The notes beneath the pieces were generated by a model. That model saw nothing but the letters and a program-made list of their open reading frames with translations. It made no database searches and was not told where the DNA came from. From assembly GCF_044704955.1 (NCBI RefSeq), contig NC_091984.1, positions 145,762,001 through 145,826,000 of the forward strand: a DNA stretch of 64,000 nucleotides. Direction: 5' to 3'. The position numbers and the translations under genes were made by a program. Below, piece by piece: positions 47,825-62,086 of this stretch; position 1 is the stretch's first letter, and each line of letters opens with the position of its first letter. The stretch comes from Pristiophorus japonicus. Its lineage: Eukaryota.

Positions 47825-48560
47825 CTCTCTTCTTAGGCAGACCCTCGGAGTTGAGGATGACTTGCTTTCACACTAACATGAGTTCTCAGGTGTTCGGCAC
47901 CTTCCCGAATGTCTCCTCCACTTTGAGCGGTCTTGGGCCAGGGATTCCCAGGTGTCGGAGGGGATGTTGCACTTTTTCAAGGAGGCTTTGAGGGTTTCCT
48001 TGAAACGTTTCCTCTGCCAACTTGGGGCTCACTTGCCGTGTTGGAGCTCTGAGTACAGCGCTTGTTTTAGGAGTCTCATATCGGGCATGCGGACAATGTG
48101 GCCGACCCAATGGAGCTGATCGATTGTGGTCAATGCTTCGATGCTGGGGATGTTTGCCTGAGTGAGAACACTGACATTGCTGCACCTATATTGCCAATGG
48201 ATTTGCAGGATCTTGTGGAGACAGCATTGGTGGTACTTCTGCAGTGCTTTGAGATGTCTGCTGTATATAGTCCACATCTCTGAGCCATATATGAGGGCAG
48301 GTATGACTACTGCTCTGTAGGCCATGAGCTTGGTGCCCGGTTTGAGCTCCTGGTCTTCAAACACTCTCTTCCTCAGGCGATCAAAGACTGCACTGGCACA
48401 CTGAAGACGATGTTGGACTTCGACTTTGATGTCTGCCCTTGTTGCCAGTAGATTCGCGAGGTATGGAATATGGTCCACTTTGTCCAAGGCCTTGTCGTGG
48501 ATTTTAATAATCGAGGGACAGTGCAATGTGGCGGGGGCAGGTTGGTTGAGAAGCTTTGTC
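47825..48560 (-). mobile_element. RTE-clade LINE 3' fragment
   Basis: VDHIPYL, RLRKRVF, YRAVVIPALIYGSEMW and QANIPSIEAL. Confidence 0.9.
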
Positions 48561-48623
48561 TATCATGGGATCTACCACCCATTTAATCCCCTCCCACACA
48601 CACCATGTACTCCCACCCTATCA

Positions 48624-51600
48624 GCGTCGAGGAGGTCCATTGGTGAGGACTATAAAAGGCACAGCAGGGAGTCCGGGGCCCAGCGTCGGGAGCAGTGTCG
48701 AGGAGGTCCGTTGGTGAGGCCTATAAAAGGCACAGCAGGGAGTCTGGGGCCCAGCGTTGGGAGCAGCATCGAGGAGGTGCGTGGAGAGGGCGTGACTTGT
48801 GCAGCTATAGGGAGAAGGCAAAAAAGAAGTAGAAAGAAACAGAAAGGTGACGTCACAGCCAAGGAGGTAAGTGATTGGCTGGTGATTGGCGAGTACTTTT
48901 TTTTTCTCTTCTATAACAGTGAGTAACTTTAGCATTGTTGTTGCCTATCTAAGGGGTAAGTCATGGCAGGACAGCTCGGTCACGTGTTATGCTCCTCCTG
49001 TACCATGTGGGAACTCAGGGACGACTCCAGTGTCCCTGACGACTACATGTGCGGGAAGTGTATCCGCCTCCAGCTCCTGACGGACCGCGTTGCGGAGTTG
49101 GAGCTGAGGGTGGATTCACTCTGGAGCATCCACGATGCTGAGAATGACGTGAGTAGCACGTGTAGCGAGTTGGTTGTACCGCAGGTAAAGGGTCCACAGC
49201 CAGCTTGGGAATGGAAGACCAGCAGGAAGAGCAGAGCAAGGAAGGTAGTGCAGGGGTCCCCTGTGGTCATCCCCCTGCAAAACAGATACACTGCTTTGAG
49301 TACTGTTGAGGGGGATGACTCATCAGGGGAGGGCAGCAGCAGCCAAGTTCATGGCACCGTGGCTGGCTCTGTTGCACAGGAGGGCAGGAAAAAGAGTGGG
49401 AGAGCGATAGTGATAGGGGATTCAATTGTAAGGGGAATAGATAGGCGTTTCTGCGGCCGCAACCAAGTCTCCAGGATGGTACGTTGCCTCCCTGGTGCAA
49501 GGGTCAAGGATTTCTCTGAGCGGGTGCAGGACATTCTAAAAAGGGAGGGAGAACAGCCAGTTGCCGTTGGTATCAACGACATAGGTAAAAAAATGGATTA
49601 GGACCTACGAAACGAATTTAAGGAGCTACGAGCTAAATTAAAAAGTCGGACCTCAAAAGTAGTAATCTTGGGATTGCTACCAGTGCCACGTGCTAGTCAG
49701 AGTAGGATAGCGCAGATGAATACGTGGCTTGAGCAGTGGTGCAGCAGGGAGGGATTCAAATTCCTGGGGCATTGGAACCGGTTCTGGGGGAGGTGGGACC
49801 TGTACAAACAGGACGGTCTGCACCTGGGCAGGACCGGAACCAATGTCCTAGGGGGAGTGTTTGCTCATGCTGTTGGGAAGGAGTTAAACTAATATAGCAG
49901 GGGGATGGGAACAAATGCAGGGAGACAGAGGGAAACAAAAAGGAGACAAAAGCAAAAGACAGAAAAGAGATGAGGAAAATAGGAGGGCAGAGAAACCCAA
50001 GGCAAAGAACAAAAAGGGCCACTGTACAGCAAAATTCTAAACGGACAAAGGGTGTTAAAAAACAAGCCTGAAGGCTTTGTGTCTTAATGCAAGGAGTATC
50101 CGCAATAAGGTGGATGAATTAACTGTGCAAATAGGTGTTAACAAATATGATGTGATTGGGATTACAGAGACGTGGCTCCAGGATGATTAGGGCTGGGAAC
50201 TCAACATCCAGGGGTATTCAACATTCAGGAAGGATAGAATAAAAAGAAAAGGAGGTGGGGTAGCATTGCTGGTTAAAGAGGAAATTAATGCAATACTTAG
50301 GAAGGACATTAGCTTGGATGATGTGGAATCTATATGGGTAGAGCTGCAGAACACCAAAGGGCAAAAAACGTTAGTGGGAGTTGTGCACAGACCTCCAAAC
50401 AGTAGTAGTGATGCTGGGGAGGGCATCAAACAGGAAATTAGGGGTGCATGCAATAAAGGTGCAGCAGTTATAATGGGTGACGTTAATATGCACATAGATT
50501 GGGCTAACCAAACTGGAAGCAATACGGTGGAGGAGGATTTCCTGGAGTGCATAAGGGATGGTTTTTTAGACCAATATGTCGAGGAACCAACTGGGGGGAG
50601 GCCATCTTAGACTGGGTGTTGTGTAATGAGAGAGGATTAATTAGCAATCTCGTTGTGCGAGGCCCATGGGGAAGAGTGATCATAATATGGTGGAATTCTG
50701 CATTAGGATGGAGAATGAAACAGTTAATTCAGAGACCATGGTCCAGAACTTAAAGAAGGGTAACTTTGAAGATATGAGGTGTGAATTGGCCAGGATAGAT
50801 TGGCGAATGATACTTAAGGGGTTGACTGTGGATGGGCAATGGCAGACATTTAGAGACCGCATGGATGAACTACAACAATTGTACATTCCTGTCTGGCGTA
50901 AAAATAAAAAAGGGAAGGTGGCTCAATCGTGGCTATCAAGGGAAATCAGGGATAGTATTAAAGCCAAGGAAGTGGCATACAAATTGGCCAGAAATAGCAG
51001 TGAACCCGGGGACTGGGAGAAATTTAGAACTCAGCAGAGGAGGACAAAGGGTTTGATTAGGGCAGGGAAAATGGAGTACGAGAAGAAGCTTGCAGGGAAC
51101 ATTAAGACAGATTGCAAAAGTTTTTATAGATATGTAAAGAGAAAAAGGTTAGTAAAGACAAACGTAGGTCCCCTGCAGTCAGAATCAGGGGAAGTCATAA
51201 CGGGGAACAAAGAAATGGCGGACCAATTGAACAAGTACTTTGGTTCGCTATTCACTAAGGAGGACACAAACAACCTTCCGGATATAAAAGAGGTCAGAGG
51301 GTCTAGTAAGGAGGAGGAACTGAGGGAAATCCTTATTAGTTGGGAAATTGTGTTGGGGAAATTGATGGGATTGAAGGCCGATAAATCCCCAGGACCTGAT
51401 GGACTGCATCCCAGAGTACTTAAGGAGGTGGCCTTGGAAATAGCGGATGCATTGACAGTCATTTTCCAACATTCCATTGACTCTGGATCAGTTCCTATCG
51501 AGTGGAGGGTAGCCAATGTAACCCCACTTTTTAAAAAAGGAGGGAGAGAGAAAACAGGGAATTATAGACTGGTCAGCCTGACCTCAGTAGTGGGTAAAAT

Positions 51601-52917
51601 GATGGAATCAATTCTTAAGGATGTCATAGCAGCGCATTTGGAAAGAGATGACATGATAGGTCCAAGTCAGCATGGATTTGTGAAAGGGAAATCATGCTTG
51701 ACATATCTTCTGGAATTTTTTGAGGATGTTTCCAGTAGAGTGGACAAGGAAAAACCAGTTGATGTGGTATATTTGGAATTTCAGAAGGCTTTCGACAAGG
51801 TCCCACACAAGAGATTAATGTGCAAAGTTAAAGCACATGGGATTGGGGGTAGTGTGCTGGCATGGAGTGAGAACTGGTTGTCAGACAGGAAGCAAGAGTA
51901 GGTGTAAGTGGGTACTTTTCAGAATGGCAGTCAGTGACTAGTGGGGTGCCGCAAGGTTCTGTGCTGGGGCCCCAGCTGTTTACACTGTACATTAATGATT
52001 TAGACGAGGGGATTAAATGTAGTATCTCCAAATTTGCAGATGACACTAAGTTGGGTGGCAGTATGAGCTGCGAGGAGGATGCTGTGAGGCTGCAGAGCGT
52101 CTTGGATAGGTTAGGTGAGTGGGCAAATGCATGGCAGATGAAGTATAATGTGGATAAATGTGAGGTTATCCACTTTGGTGGTAAAAACAGAGAGACAGAC
52201 TATTATCTGAATGGTGACAGATTAGGAAAAGGGGAGGTGCAACGAGACCTGGGTGTCATGGTATGTCAGTCATTGAAGGTTGGCATGCAGGTGCAGCAGG
52301 CGGTTAAGAAAGCAAATGGCATATTGGCCTTCATAGCGAGGGGATTTGAGTACAGGGGCAGGGAGTATTGTGTACAGTTTTGGTCTCCTAACCTGAGGAA
52401 GGACATTCTTGCTATTGAGGGAGTGCAGCGAAGGTTCACCAGACTGATTCCCGGGATGGCGGGACTGACCTATCAAGAAAGACTGGATCAACCGGGCTTG
52501 TATTCACTGGAGTTCAGAAGAATGAGAGGGGACCTCATAGAAACGTTTAAAATTCTGATGGGTTTAGACAGGTTAGATGCAGGAAGAATGTTCCCAATGT
52601 TGGGGAAATCCAGAACCAGGGGTCACAGTCTAAGGATAAGGGATAAGCCATTTAGGACCGAGATGAGGAGAAACTTCTTCACCCAGAGAGTGGTGAACCT
52701 GTGGAATTCTCTACCACAGAAAGTAGTTGAGGCCAATTCACTAAATATATTCAAAAGGGAGTTAGATGAAGTCCTTACTACTAGGGGGATCAAGGGGTAT
52801 GGCGAGAAAGCAGGAATGGGATACTGAAGTTGCATGTTCAGCCATGAACACATTGAATGGCGGTGCAGTCTAGAAGGGCCGAATGGCCTACTCCTGCACT
52901 TATTTTCTATGTTTTCT
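48624..52917 (+). mobile_element. Full-length CR1 LINE, disabled, with a ~71-bp monomer 5' UTR
   Basis: ORF1 at 48963 (zinc finger and GDS esterase); ORF2 pieces at 50266, 50666 and 51934; 3' tail. Confidence 0.95.
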
Positions 52918-52964
52918 AATCCCCTTCCCACACATGGTGCAGAATCTCTATGATCACGGACTCT

Positions 52965-55900
52965 CTGGGGGATAAATTCGATCGGCCCTGCAAACATGCG
53001 CGAGGATCACCATGCGGGATTAACCCACGCCCGTAGGTCCCGATGCAGGCAGCAGGCCAACGTTGTGCTGCCTGCTAACCAACATGATTGGTGCGTGCAC
53101 CCAGCACTAACTGTGCTGTTGAGTGGCTACAGGCCTCAGCGCCCGGAGCCCAATGTTCTGTGAGGCTGGCACCAGTTAAAGCTGGCCTGCACCTCTTAAT
53201 GGACATGTGAAATGTGTCTGGAGCAAGTGCTGGAAATGGCTGTGGAAGACATTCTGACCTGGACCAAGACGTACTGATGACACAACAGGGGAGAGAGCCG
53301 GCTCCAAGATCCTCCAGCGCTGCACTGGAGGCTCTGGGGGAGGAGGTGCAGAGGGGGCGAGATGTTCTCTACCCACAGGGGGCGAGGAGGCTCCACCAGA
53401 CAAACGTTTCGAAGGCAGTGAGACCAGGATCCGAGGACCGGGATGCAGTGCCGCCAAATGTTCAATGACCTCACGAGAGTGGTCAAGGTCGGTGAATTCA
53501 TCTTCAAATGCCGTGTCCCACCAACTGCACCACTAGTCTCACACATTGCTCAATGTACCACACCCCCATCACCCACTACCAACAATCTCTAGCAATCAGG
53601 ACTCATACACAAGAACATAAGGAATAGGAGCAGGAGTGGGCCATGCGGCCCCTCGAGCTGGTCCACCATTCAATAAGATCATGGCTGATTTGATCTTGGC
53701 CTCAGTTCCACTTCGCCGCCTGTTCCCCATAACCCGTGACTCTCCTGTAGTTCAAGAATCTGTCTATCTCAGCCTTGAATATAGTCAATGACCCAGCCCC
53801 CACAGCTCTCTGGGGCAGATAATTCCAAATATTCACGACCCGCTGAGAGAAGAAATTCCTCCTCATCTCCATCTTAAATGGGGTCCCCTTATTCTGAGAC
53901 TATGCCCCCAGTTCCAGATTCCCCCACAAGGGGAAACATCCACACTCACAGCTTCACCTCACTCTCACACACTTAGATTCTGCTGCAAGCCTCACGCCCA
54001 CATCTCACAGCTTGCACACACTGCCAGCTATTCAACTGTGACAGGCGCATCACCCAAACACAGGGCACCACACTCACCGATACACTTCCCTCTCTTGCAG
54101 AGCATGGTGGCCCAGAACCCGAGGCAGCAGGAGCTCAGTGGCGGGGGGCAGGCGCGCCCAGATGTCCTTATTCCCGTGGAGCAGACGGTGCTCGCCATCA
54201 TTGGCGTGCCCATCGCTGAGCTCGTGGCCAGTGGCAGGGCGGAACCACAGAAGATGATGGTATTGCCTACCTAATCCTCCTTCTCACATCCCACGTCCCC
54301 CTCAGTCCATAATCCCTTCTGATTTACAAGCTGCAGTTGGTGTAAAGCATACCCCTCTTACATCGACCCCCCCATCACCACCCTCCCCGCATTGCAACCC
54401 TCCCCTTGTACCTTTCTCCTTTCACATACCCAGGAATTGCCACTTGGCCAGGCAGTGTTGGAAGAGCAAGAGGTGGAAAAGACAGAAGACATGATGGTGA
54501 AGACACACTGTCATTCCATTTCACCCTCGCAGCCACCAGCTCAGATACTGACACTGCGTGTAATGTAGAGGGTAGTGTAGAGGCGGGATCGGCACGTGGT
54601 GAGACACCGGGCACAAGGGGCATGCAGCCAGGGCAGGGGGCAAGGATGGCGCAGGTTCCAGCTCACCGGAGGGTGAGGTCACACGGGTTCTGGTGTAGAG
54701 GACTCAGATGAGGATTTCAATGGGCGGGCTGCAGAAGAAGGCTGATGGGTATATACAATGAAACGCTTGGTGCATTGGGAACCCTGCCAGATAGCCTGCG
54801 CTCAATGTCAAGGAGCACGGAGGAGTCGGGCACCAGCTTGGCACAGAGCTTTGCGCAGAGCTTGGAGTCCATCCTTTCCAGCACGGAATGGTGGCACACT
54901 CCATTAGGGCCCTTGTGGACCCGGCCATGATGCAGCGTCTGATGGCCGATGTCTCGGCTTCCATTGCAGCACAAGCAGCAGCCACCCAACGCCATGCAAG
55001 CTCAGACTGCTGCCATCATGGCTGCAGATTCCAGTGTTCAAAGGGGCTTGCAGGGTGTCACAGCAGTCCAGCAATCTGCCCCCCCGGGAATGATGCGCCC
55101 CCTCCCCCCGGAGGATTGGCAGTGGCTCCGTGGAGCACAAACCTACTGCCCTCTCTCAGAATGACAACATTCCTACACCCACCACTGCCACTCCACCAGT
55201 GTCGATGCTGTTGCCTGTCAGCCAGCCAGCCCAGACTGCTGCCGCCAAGGCCGAGGTGGTACAGTCCACAGCCGGGCCTTCTAGGCCCAGAGCTGCTCGA
55301 GGTCGCCCTCCAAGACCATCTCCAGTCTCCCCAACTGAAAGTCAGCAGCCTTCCAGCAGCCCTGCTGCAGCCCCTGGGGTATCAGTGCACAGGAGCACTC
55401 GGACAGGCAAAGACACACACAAGGCAGACACCAAGGGAATGCACAGGGGGATTAGTGGGCTTTTTGATGTAATATTGGATGCAGTGTCGCCCCCAACATC
55501 TGGCACCACTGCCCACAGAAGTTTCATGCCCTCAGACCACTGGTCAAGGTCAGGGAGAGCATCTTCAAAAGCCGTCTCCTACCAACTGCACCACTAACCT
55601 CGCACACTGCTCAATGTCCGACCCCCTGCCCCCCCGCAATCGCTCACATACCAACAATCTGTACCAAACACCAGGCACACCTCCCAGTCCCAGCGTCACC
55701 TCACCCCCTTGGAGAAGACGCTGCAGGCCATTCTTGGCAGGGGCATGGCTGAGCCCCTGGCCAGCGGCGGGGCAAAAAGGATACAAGATGCTGGTATCCT
55801 CATACGTTATCCTCCTTCTCACGTTCCACTTCCCCCCTCAGAATAAGAATCGCTTCTAATTTACAAGGTGCGCAGGGTGTAAGCAGGCAGCTCTTGCTTT

Positions 55901-57063
55901 CCCGCCTCCCCTCACCACAACTCCACCCTTCCTCATTTCACAAATCCAGCCTGCCCAGCCCACGGGTGACCAAGCAGAGGGAGAGGAGAGTGAAGGCACA
56001 CCATCACTCGATTTCTCACTCCCAGCCACCCGCTCCTCAAGGTCGACCAGCAAGGCCATCTGCAGTGTCCCCCACTGAAAGTCAGCAGCCTTCCAGCAGC
56101 CCTGCTGCAGCCCCTGGGGTAGCACTGCGTGACATCAGTACGATAGGCAAAGACACACACAAGACAGTGACTAATGGCGATCAGTTGATTTTTTGATATA
56201 GTATTGGATGCAGATATGGATAAAGTTGGATTGGAAAGTTTGCGGGTGCTTTTATTTCAGCATTGTGGCCAAGAGGACGATGTGATGGTCAGTAACAGAG
56301 GGGCGGTAAGGTGTAGGACTAATGTTGAAAGGGGATTGGGGTGGTGGTCACTGGGAACACAGGCGGATGATTCGATCACAGATATCCCGGCCAGAAAGCG
56401 TCTGTCTGGGTTGCCTCCTTCCTTCCACTTCCTCCTCCTCCCTTTGCAAGCAGAAGTTGGAAATCTGAAATAAAGGCAGTAAATGCTGGAAATACTCAGC
56501 AGGTCAGGCAGCATCTTGAGCCGAAACGTTAACTCTGTCTCTCTCCATGGATGCTGCCTGACTGCTGAGTATTTCTAGCATTCCCGGTCTTTCCAGAGAT
56601 CTTTCTTTAACACCTGAGGCCTTGCACGTGTCCAGCAGCACCCCTTGCATTCCCTGCACACTGAAATAACATTGAACATTTATTGCACGAAGCCACTACT
56701 TCCATAAAATATATTGTTTAAAACAGACCAGAGCTTAAATACAAACATACCTGAAAGATGTGTGGCTCGTTAAGAAGCACCAACTGCATCTGTGCAGGGC
56801 TGCTTCACGCCTGATTTTCTGTGTGTGCTTAGGGCAGGGCCATATGGTGAGCGCAAATGTCCCAATTAACAGTCGTGACTCGAGTCAGGCATTGGTGTCA
56901 CCATCTGACAATCCACATTGTGAGGTGTGTGCTGCCAACGACAGCGGTACGGCCCTTACCAAAAATGGTGGATGACGTGTCCCGGGTCGCAAGCAAGGCG
57001 GCCGCGATTATTTGAACAAAACCCTCTAAATGGCTGCTGCTAGACCGGGGAAATTCTAGGCCA
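52965..57063 (+). mobile_element. Degenerate Harbinger-type element carrying a spliced Myb/SANT-like gene (exon 1 ~53277-53488); boundaries approximate
   Basis: MTQQGREPAPRSSSAALEALGEEVQRGRDVLYP...MQCRQMFNDLTRVVK resembles the Myb_DNA-bind_5/NAIF1-type domain. The internal 3' segment is duplicated (55300-55420 vs 56040-56160), and a CR1 is nested at 53605-53945. Confidence 0.6.
56465..56585. repeat. Palindromic Penelope-like / MITE remnant
   Basis: aatgctggaaatactcagcaggtcaggcagcatc ... gatgctgcctgactgctgagtatttctagcatt. Confidence 0.55.
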
Positions 57064-57064
57064 A

Positions 57065-58645
57065 AGAATCATAAGAACATAAGAAATAGGAGCAGGACTC
57101 GGCCATTTGGCCCCTCGAGCCTGCTCCGCCATTCAATAAGATCATGGCTGATCTGATCCTGGGCTCAGCGCCACTTCCCTACCCTTTCCGCATAACCCTT
57201 TACTGCCTTATCGTTCAAAAATCTGTCTATCTCCACCTTAAATATATTCAATGACCAGCCTCCATAGCTCTCTGGGGCGGAGAACTGAACAGATTTACAA
57301 CCCTCTGAGAGAAGAAATTCCACCTCATCTCAATTCTCAATGGGCGACCCCTTATTCTTAAACTCTGCCCCTAGTTCTAGATTCCCCAATGACTGGAAAC
57401 ATCCTCACTGCATCTATCTTGTCGAGTCCCCTCAGAATCTTATATGTTTCAATAAGTTCATCTCTCATTCTTCTAAACTTCAAAGAGTAAATGTGGAGTG
57501 GCCGTGGAAGTGGAGCTGACTCCATGATCAGATCAGCCATGACCTTATTGAATGGCGGAGGGGCCGTATGTCCTACTCCTGTTCCTATTTCTTATGTTCT
57601 GATTAACCTGCTCAACCTTTCTTCATAAGTCAGCCGCTTCATCTCAGGAATCAACCTCGTGAACCTTATCTGAATTGCCTCCAGTGCAAATATATCCCTC
57701 CTTACATAAGGAGACCAAAACTGTACACAGTACTCTCGGTCTCACCAATACTCTGTACAGATGTAGCAGGACTTCCCTGTTTTTATATTCCATCCCCCTT
57801 GCAATTAAGGCCAACGTTCTATTTGCTTCCTGATTACTTGCTGTATCTGCATACTAACTTTTTGTGTTTCATGCGCAAGGACCCCCAGGTCCCTCTGTGT
57901 TGCAGCATTTTGTAATCTCTCTCCATTTAAATAATAATTTGCTCTTTGATTTTTTACACTCGGTCCCTTCATATAAGTTATTACCATAGATTGTAAATAG
58001 TTGAGGCCCCAACACCGATCCCTGTGAAACCCAACTAGTTACCGTTTGCCAACCAGAAAATGACCCATTGATCCTGACTCTCTGTTTTCTGTGAGCTAGC
58101 CAATCCTCTATCCATGCTAATATATTAGCACCAACCCCATGTTCTCTTATCGTGTGCGGTAATCTTTTATGTGGCATCTTATTGAATCCCTTCTAGAAAT
58201 CCAAATACACCACATCCACTTGTCCCCCCATATCCACCCTGCGCGCTACGTCCTCAAAGAACTCCAACAAATGTGTCAAACATGATTTCCCTTTCATAAA
58301 AACATGCTGACTCTGCTTGATTGAATTATGCTTTTCCAAATGTCCTGCTACTGCTTCCTTAATAATGAACTCCAGCATTTTCCCAACGACAGATGTTAGG
58401 CTAACTGGTCTATAGTTTCCTGCTTTCTGTCTCTCTTTTTTAAATAGCGGCGTTATATTTGCGGTTTTCCAATCTGCTGGGACCTCTCCAGAATTCTGGG
58501 AACTTTGGTAGATTGCAACCAATGCATCCACTATCTCTGCAGCCACTTCATTTCAGACCCTAGGATGCAGGCCATCAGGTCCAGGGGACTTGTCCACCTT
58601 TAGTTCCATTATTTTACCGAGTACTTTTTCTGTAGTGATAGTGAT
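57065..58645 (-). mobile_element. CR1 ORF2 3' half, rearranged (short inverted tail at 57490-57600)
   Basis: RT ORFs 58193 and 57869, plus the tail. Confidence 0.9.
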
Positions 58646-58756
58646 TGTTTTCTCAGCACAGAATCTCTCACACCCAGAATCTCAGAACAGACTCTTCTTC
58701 AAAAGGGTTCCTGTTTAAGGGTTCTCGGGATTCGGGGGCGGGGAGAGGGGGCAGTA

Positions 58757-59480
58757 GGACATTGGCTGAAAGGTCTGATTCTGTGAGAAGGACTATGTCA
58801 GGCTGGTGCTTGACTAGTCTGTGGGGCAGCTCTCCCACTTTTGGCACAAGTCCCCAGATGTTGGTGAGGAGGACGTTTCAGGGTCAGCACTGAGCCTGGG
58901 TCCGCTGTCCGAGCCGGTCCGAGCTGCTGTTATTCTGCCTGATTGGACAGTTATTATTAGAGACTCAGACCACAGCAGAAATCCCCCATGCAAAAAATAA
59001 CTGAAGAGACTGTCAGATCGGAAGAATGAAACTTCACCCACAGAGGAAGTGAAAGAGGGAGGTTGTCACAGCTGTACGTTTGTTAATAACACGGGAGAAA
59101 ACTGTGAACTGGGCTCACAGCCTAGAATCTTACAGCACAGAAGGAGGCCATTCGGCCCATCGTGCCTGTGCTGGCTCTTTGAAAAAATTACCCAATTAGT
59201 CCTACTCCCCCTCATTTTAAGAACATAAGAAATAGGAGCAGGAGTAGGCCACATGGCCCCTCGAGCCTGCTCTGCTATTTAATATGATCATGGCCGATCC
59301 GATCAGGGACTCAGGTCAACTTCCCTGCTTGCTCTCCATAACCCCTTATTCCCTTGTCGGTTAAGAAACTGTCTATCTCTGTCTTAAATATATTCAATGA
59401 CCCAGCCTCCACAACTCTCTGAGGCAGCAAATTCCACAGATTTACAACCCTCTGAGAGAAGAAATTCCTCCTCATCTCAG
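58757..59480 (-). repeat. Inverted segmental duplicate, copy 2
   Basis: Reverse complement of 45395-46110. Confidence 0.85.
59045..59054 (+). promoter_or_regulatory. ETS-IRF composite element (EICE) GGAAGTGAAA, with an E-box CAGCTG about 15 bp away
   Basis: Exact GGAAnnGAAA consensus; function is inferred only. Confidence 0.45.
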
Positions 59481-62086
59481 TGTCCTCTACCGTAAAGACT
59501 GATACAAAATATTTGTTCAGAGTTTCTGCCATCTTCATGTTCCTCATCACTAATTCCCTGGTTTTATCCTCTCAGGGACCAACATTTATTTTAGCCACTC
59601 TTTTCCTTTTTATATACCGATAGAAACTCTTGCTATCTCTTTTTATATTTTGTGCTAGTTTACTTTCATAATCTATCTTCCCATTCTTAATCATTTTTTT
59701 CATCATTCTTTGCTGGCTTTTAAAAGTTTCTCAATTTCTGTCCTTCCACTAGTTTTGGCCACTTTGTATGCCCTTGTTTTTAATTGGATACCATCCTTTA
59801 TTTCTTTAGTGAGCCACGGATGGCTATCTTTTCTTTTACACCATTTCCTCCTCACTGGAATATATTTTTCTTGAGAGTTGTGAAATATCTCCTTATATGT
59901 ATGCCATTGTTCATCAGCCATCCTACACTTTAATCTATTTTCCCAGTCCACTTTCGCCAAATCTGACCTCATACCTTTGTAGTCTCCATTATTTCAGCTT
60001 AGTACGCCGGTTAGAGATCCATCTTTCTCACCCTCAATCTGAATTTGAAATTGAACCATGTTATCCTCACTCAGTCCAAGGGGATCCTTTACTCAGAGAT
60101 TGTTTATTAATACTGTCTCATTATACAGGACCAGATCTAAGATAGCCTGTCCCCTGGTTTGTTCCATTACAAACTTCTCAAGGAACCCGTCCCTTATGCA
60201 CTCTATGAACTCTTCCTCAAGACTACCCTGATCAATTTGATTTATCCAATCAATGTGGAGGTTAAAATCACCCATAATTATTGCTGTTCCCTTTTTACAA
60301 TCCTCCACTATTTCTTGCTTTATACTCCGATCAACTGAGTTGCTAATGTTAGGGGGCCTATAGATATGCCCACCAGTGACTTTTTCCCTTTATTATTCCT
60401 TATCTCCACCCAAACTGTTTCAACATCCTGATCATTTGAGCCAATATCATTTCTCACTATTGCAGTGATTCCATCCTTTATCAACAGAACAACCCCACCT
60501 CCTTTTCCTTTCTGTCTGTCCTTCCGGATTGTCAAGGACGCCTGAGTATTTAGTTCCCAGTCCTGGTCACCTTGTAACCATGTCTCTGTAATGGCTATCA
60601 GATCATATTCATTTGTATCTATTTGTGCCTTCAACTCATCTATTTTGTTATTTAGACAAAGAGCCTTTAAATTTGTTTTTTTACCCTTTTTATCTGCTTG
60701 TTTCCTCTCTCCTTCAAACTCACTTTCTTTATTTTTGCTTTCTAATTCCAGCTTTAGTCCCCTCCCTACTGAATCTATTCTCAGGTTCCCATCCCCCTGC
60801 CAAGCTAGTTTAATCCCTCCCCAACATCACTAACAAATGCTCCCCTCGAGGATATTGGTCCTGGCACTGTTGAGGAGCAACCCGGCCGGTTTGTACAGGT
60901 CCCACCTCCCCCAGAAACGGTCTCAATGCCTCAGGAAACTAAAGCGTCCCACCTGCACCATCTCTCCCGCCACGCATTCATCTGCTCTATCCTCCTGTTT
61001 CTGTATTCACCAGCTCGTGGCACCGGGAGTAATCTGGAGATTAGAGAATAATTAGAGATTAAAGATTCTGAGAGAAGAAATTCTTCCTCATCTCGCTCTC
61101 ACCTCAGCCCCCTAGTTCTAGTCTCCCCTATCAGTGGAAACATCCTCTCTGCATCCACCTTGTAAAGCCCCCTCATAATCTTACATGTTTCGATAAGATC
61201 ACCTCTCTTTCTTCTGAATTCCAATGAGTAGATGCCCAACCTACTCAACCTTTCCTGAAAAGAAAATCCCCCTCATCTCTGGAATCAATCTAGTGAACCT
61301 TCTCTGAACTGCCTCCAAAGCAAGTATATCCTTTCTTAAATATGGAAACCAAAATTGCATGCAGTATTCCAGGTGTGGCCTCACCAATACCCCATAAAAC
61401 TGCAGCAAGACTTCATTACTTTTATATTCCATTCCCATTGCAATAATGGCTAAGATTCCTGACCACTTGCTGTACCTGCATACTATCCTTTTGTGTTTCA
61501 TGCACAAGTACCCCCAGGTCCCGCTGTACTACAGCACTTTGTAATTTTTCTCCATTCGAATAATAACCTGCTCATTGATTTTTTTCTGCCAATGTGCATA
61601 ACCTCACAGTTTCAAGCATGATACTCCATCTGCCAAACTTTAGCCCACTCACTTAGCCTGTCTATGTCTTTTTGCAGGTTTTTTGTGTCTTCCTCACACA
61701 TTGCTTTTACTCCCATCTTTGTATCATCAGCAAACATGGCTACATTACACTCGGTCCCTTCATCCAAATCATTAATATAGATTGCAAATAGTTGGGGTCC
61801 TAACACTGATCCCTGCGGCACCCTAGTAGTTACGGATTGCCAGCCCAGAGAATGAACCATTTATCGTGACTCTCTGTTTTCTGTTAGTTTGCCAATCCTC
61901 TATCCATTCTAATATATTACCCCAAACCCCATGAGCTTTTATCTTGTGCAGTAACCTTTTATGTGTCACCTTGTCAATTGTCTGCTGGAAGTCCAAATAC
62001 ACCACATAAACTGATTCCTCTTTATCCACCCTGTTCGTTACATCCTCAAAGAACTCCAGAAAATTTGTCAAACATGACTTCCCCTT
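59218..62086 (-). mobile_element. Stack of CR1 fragments (tail, APE/ORF1 part, RT part)
   Basis: IAITETWLQGD, MGDFNLHIDW, MFADDTKM and RPHLEYC. Confidence 0.9.
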
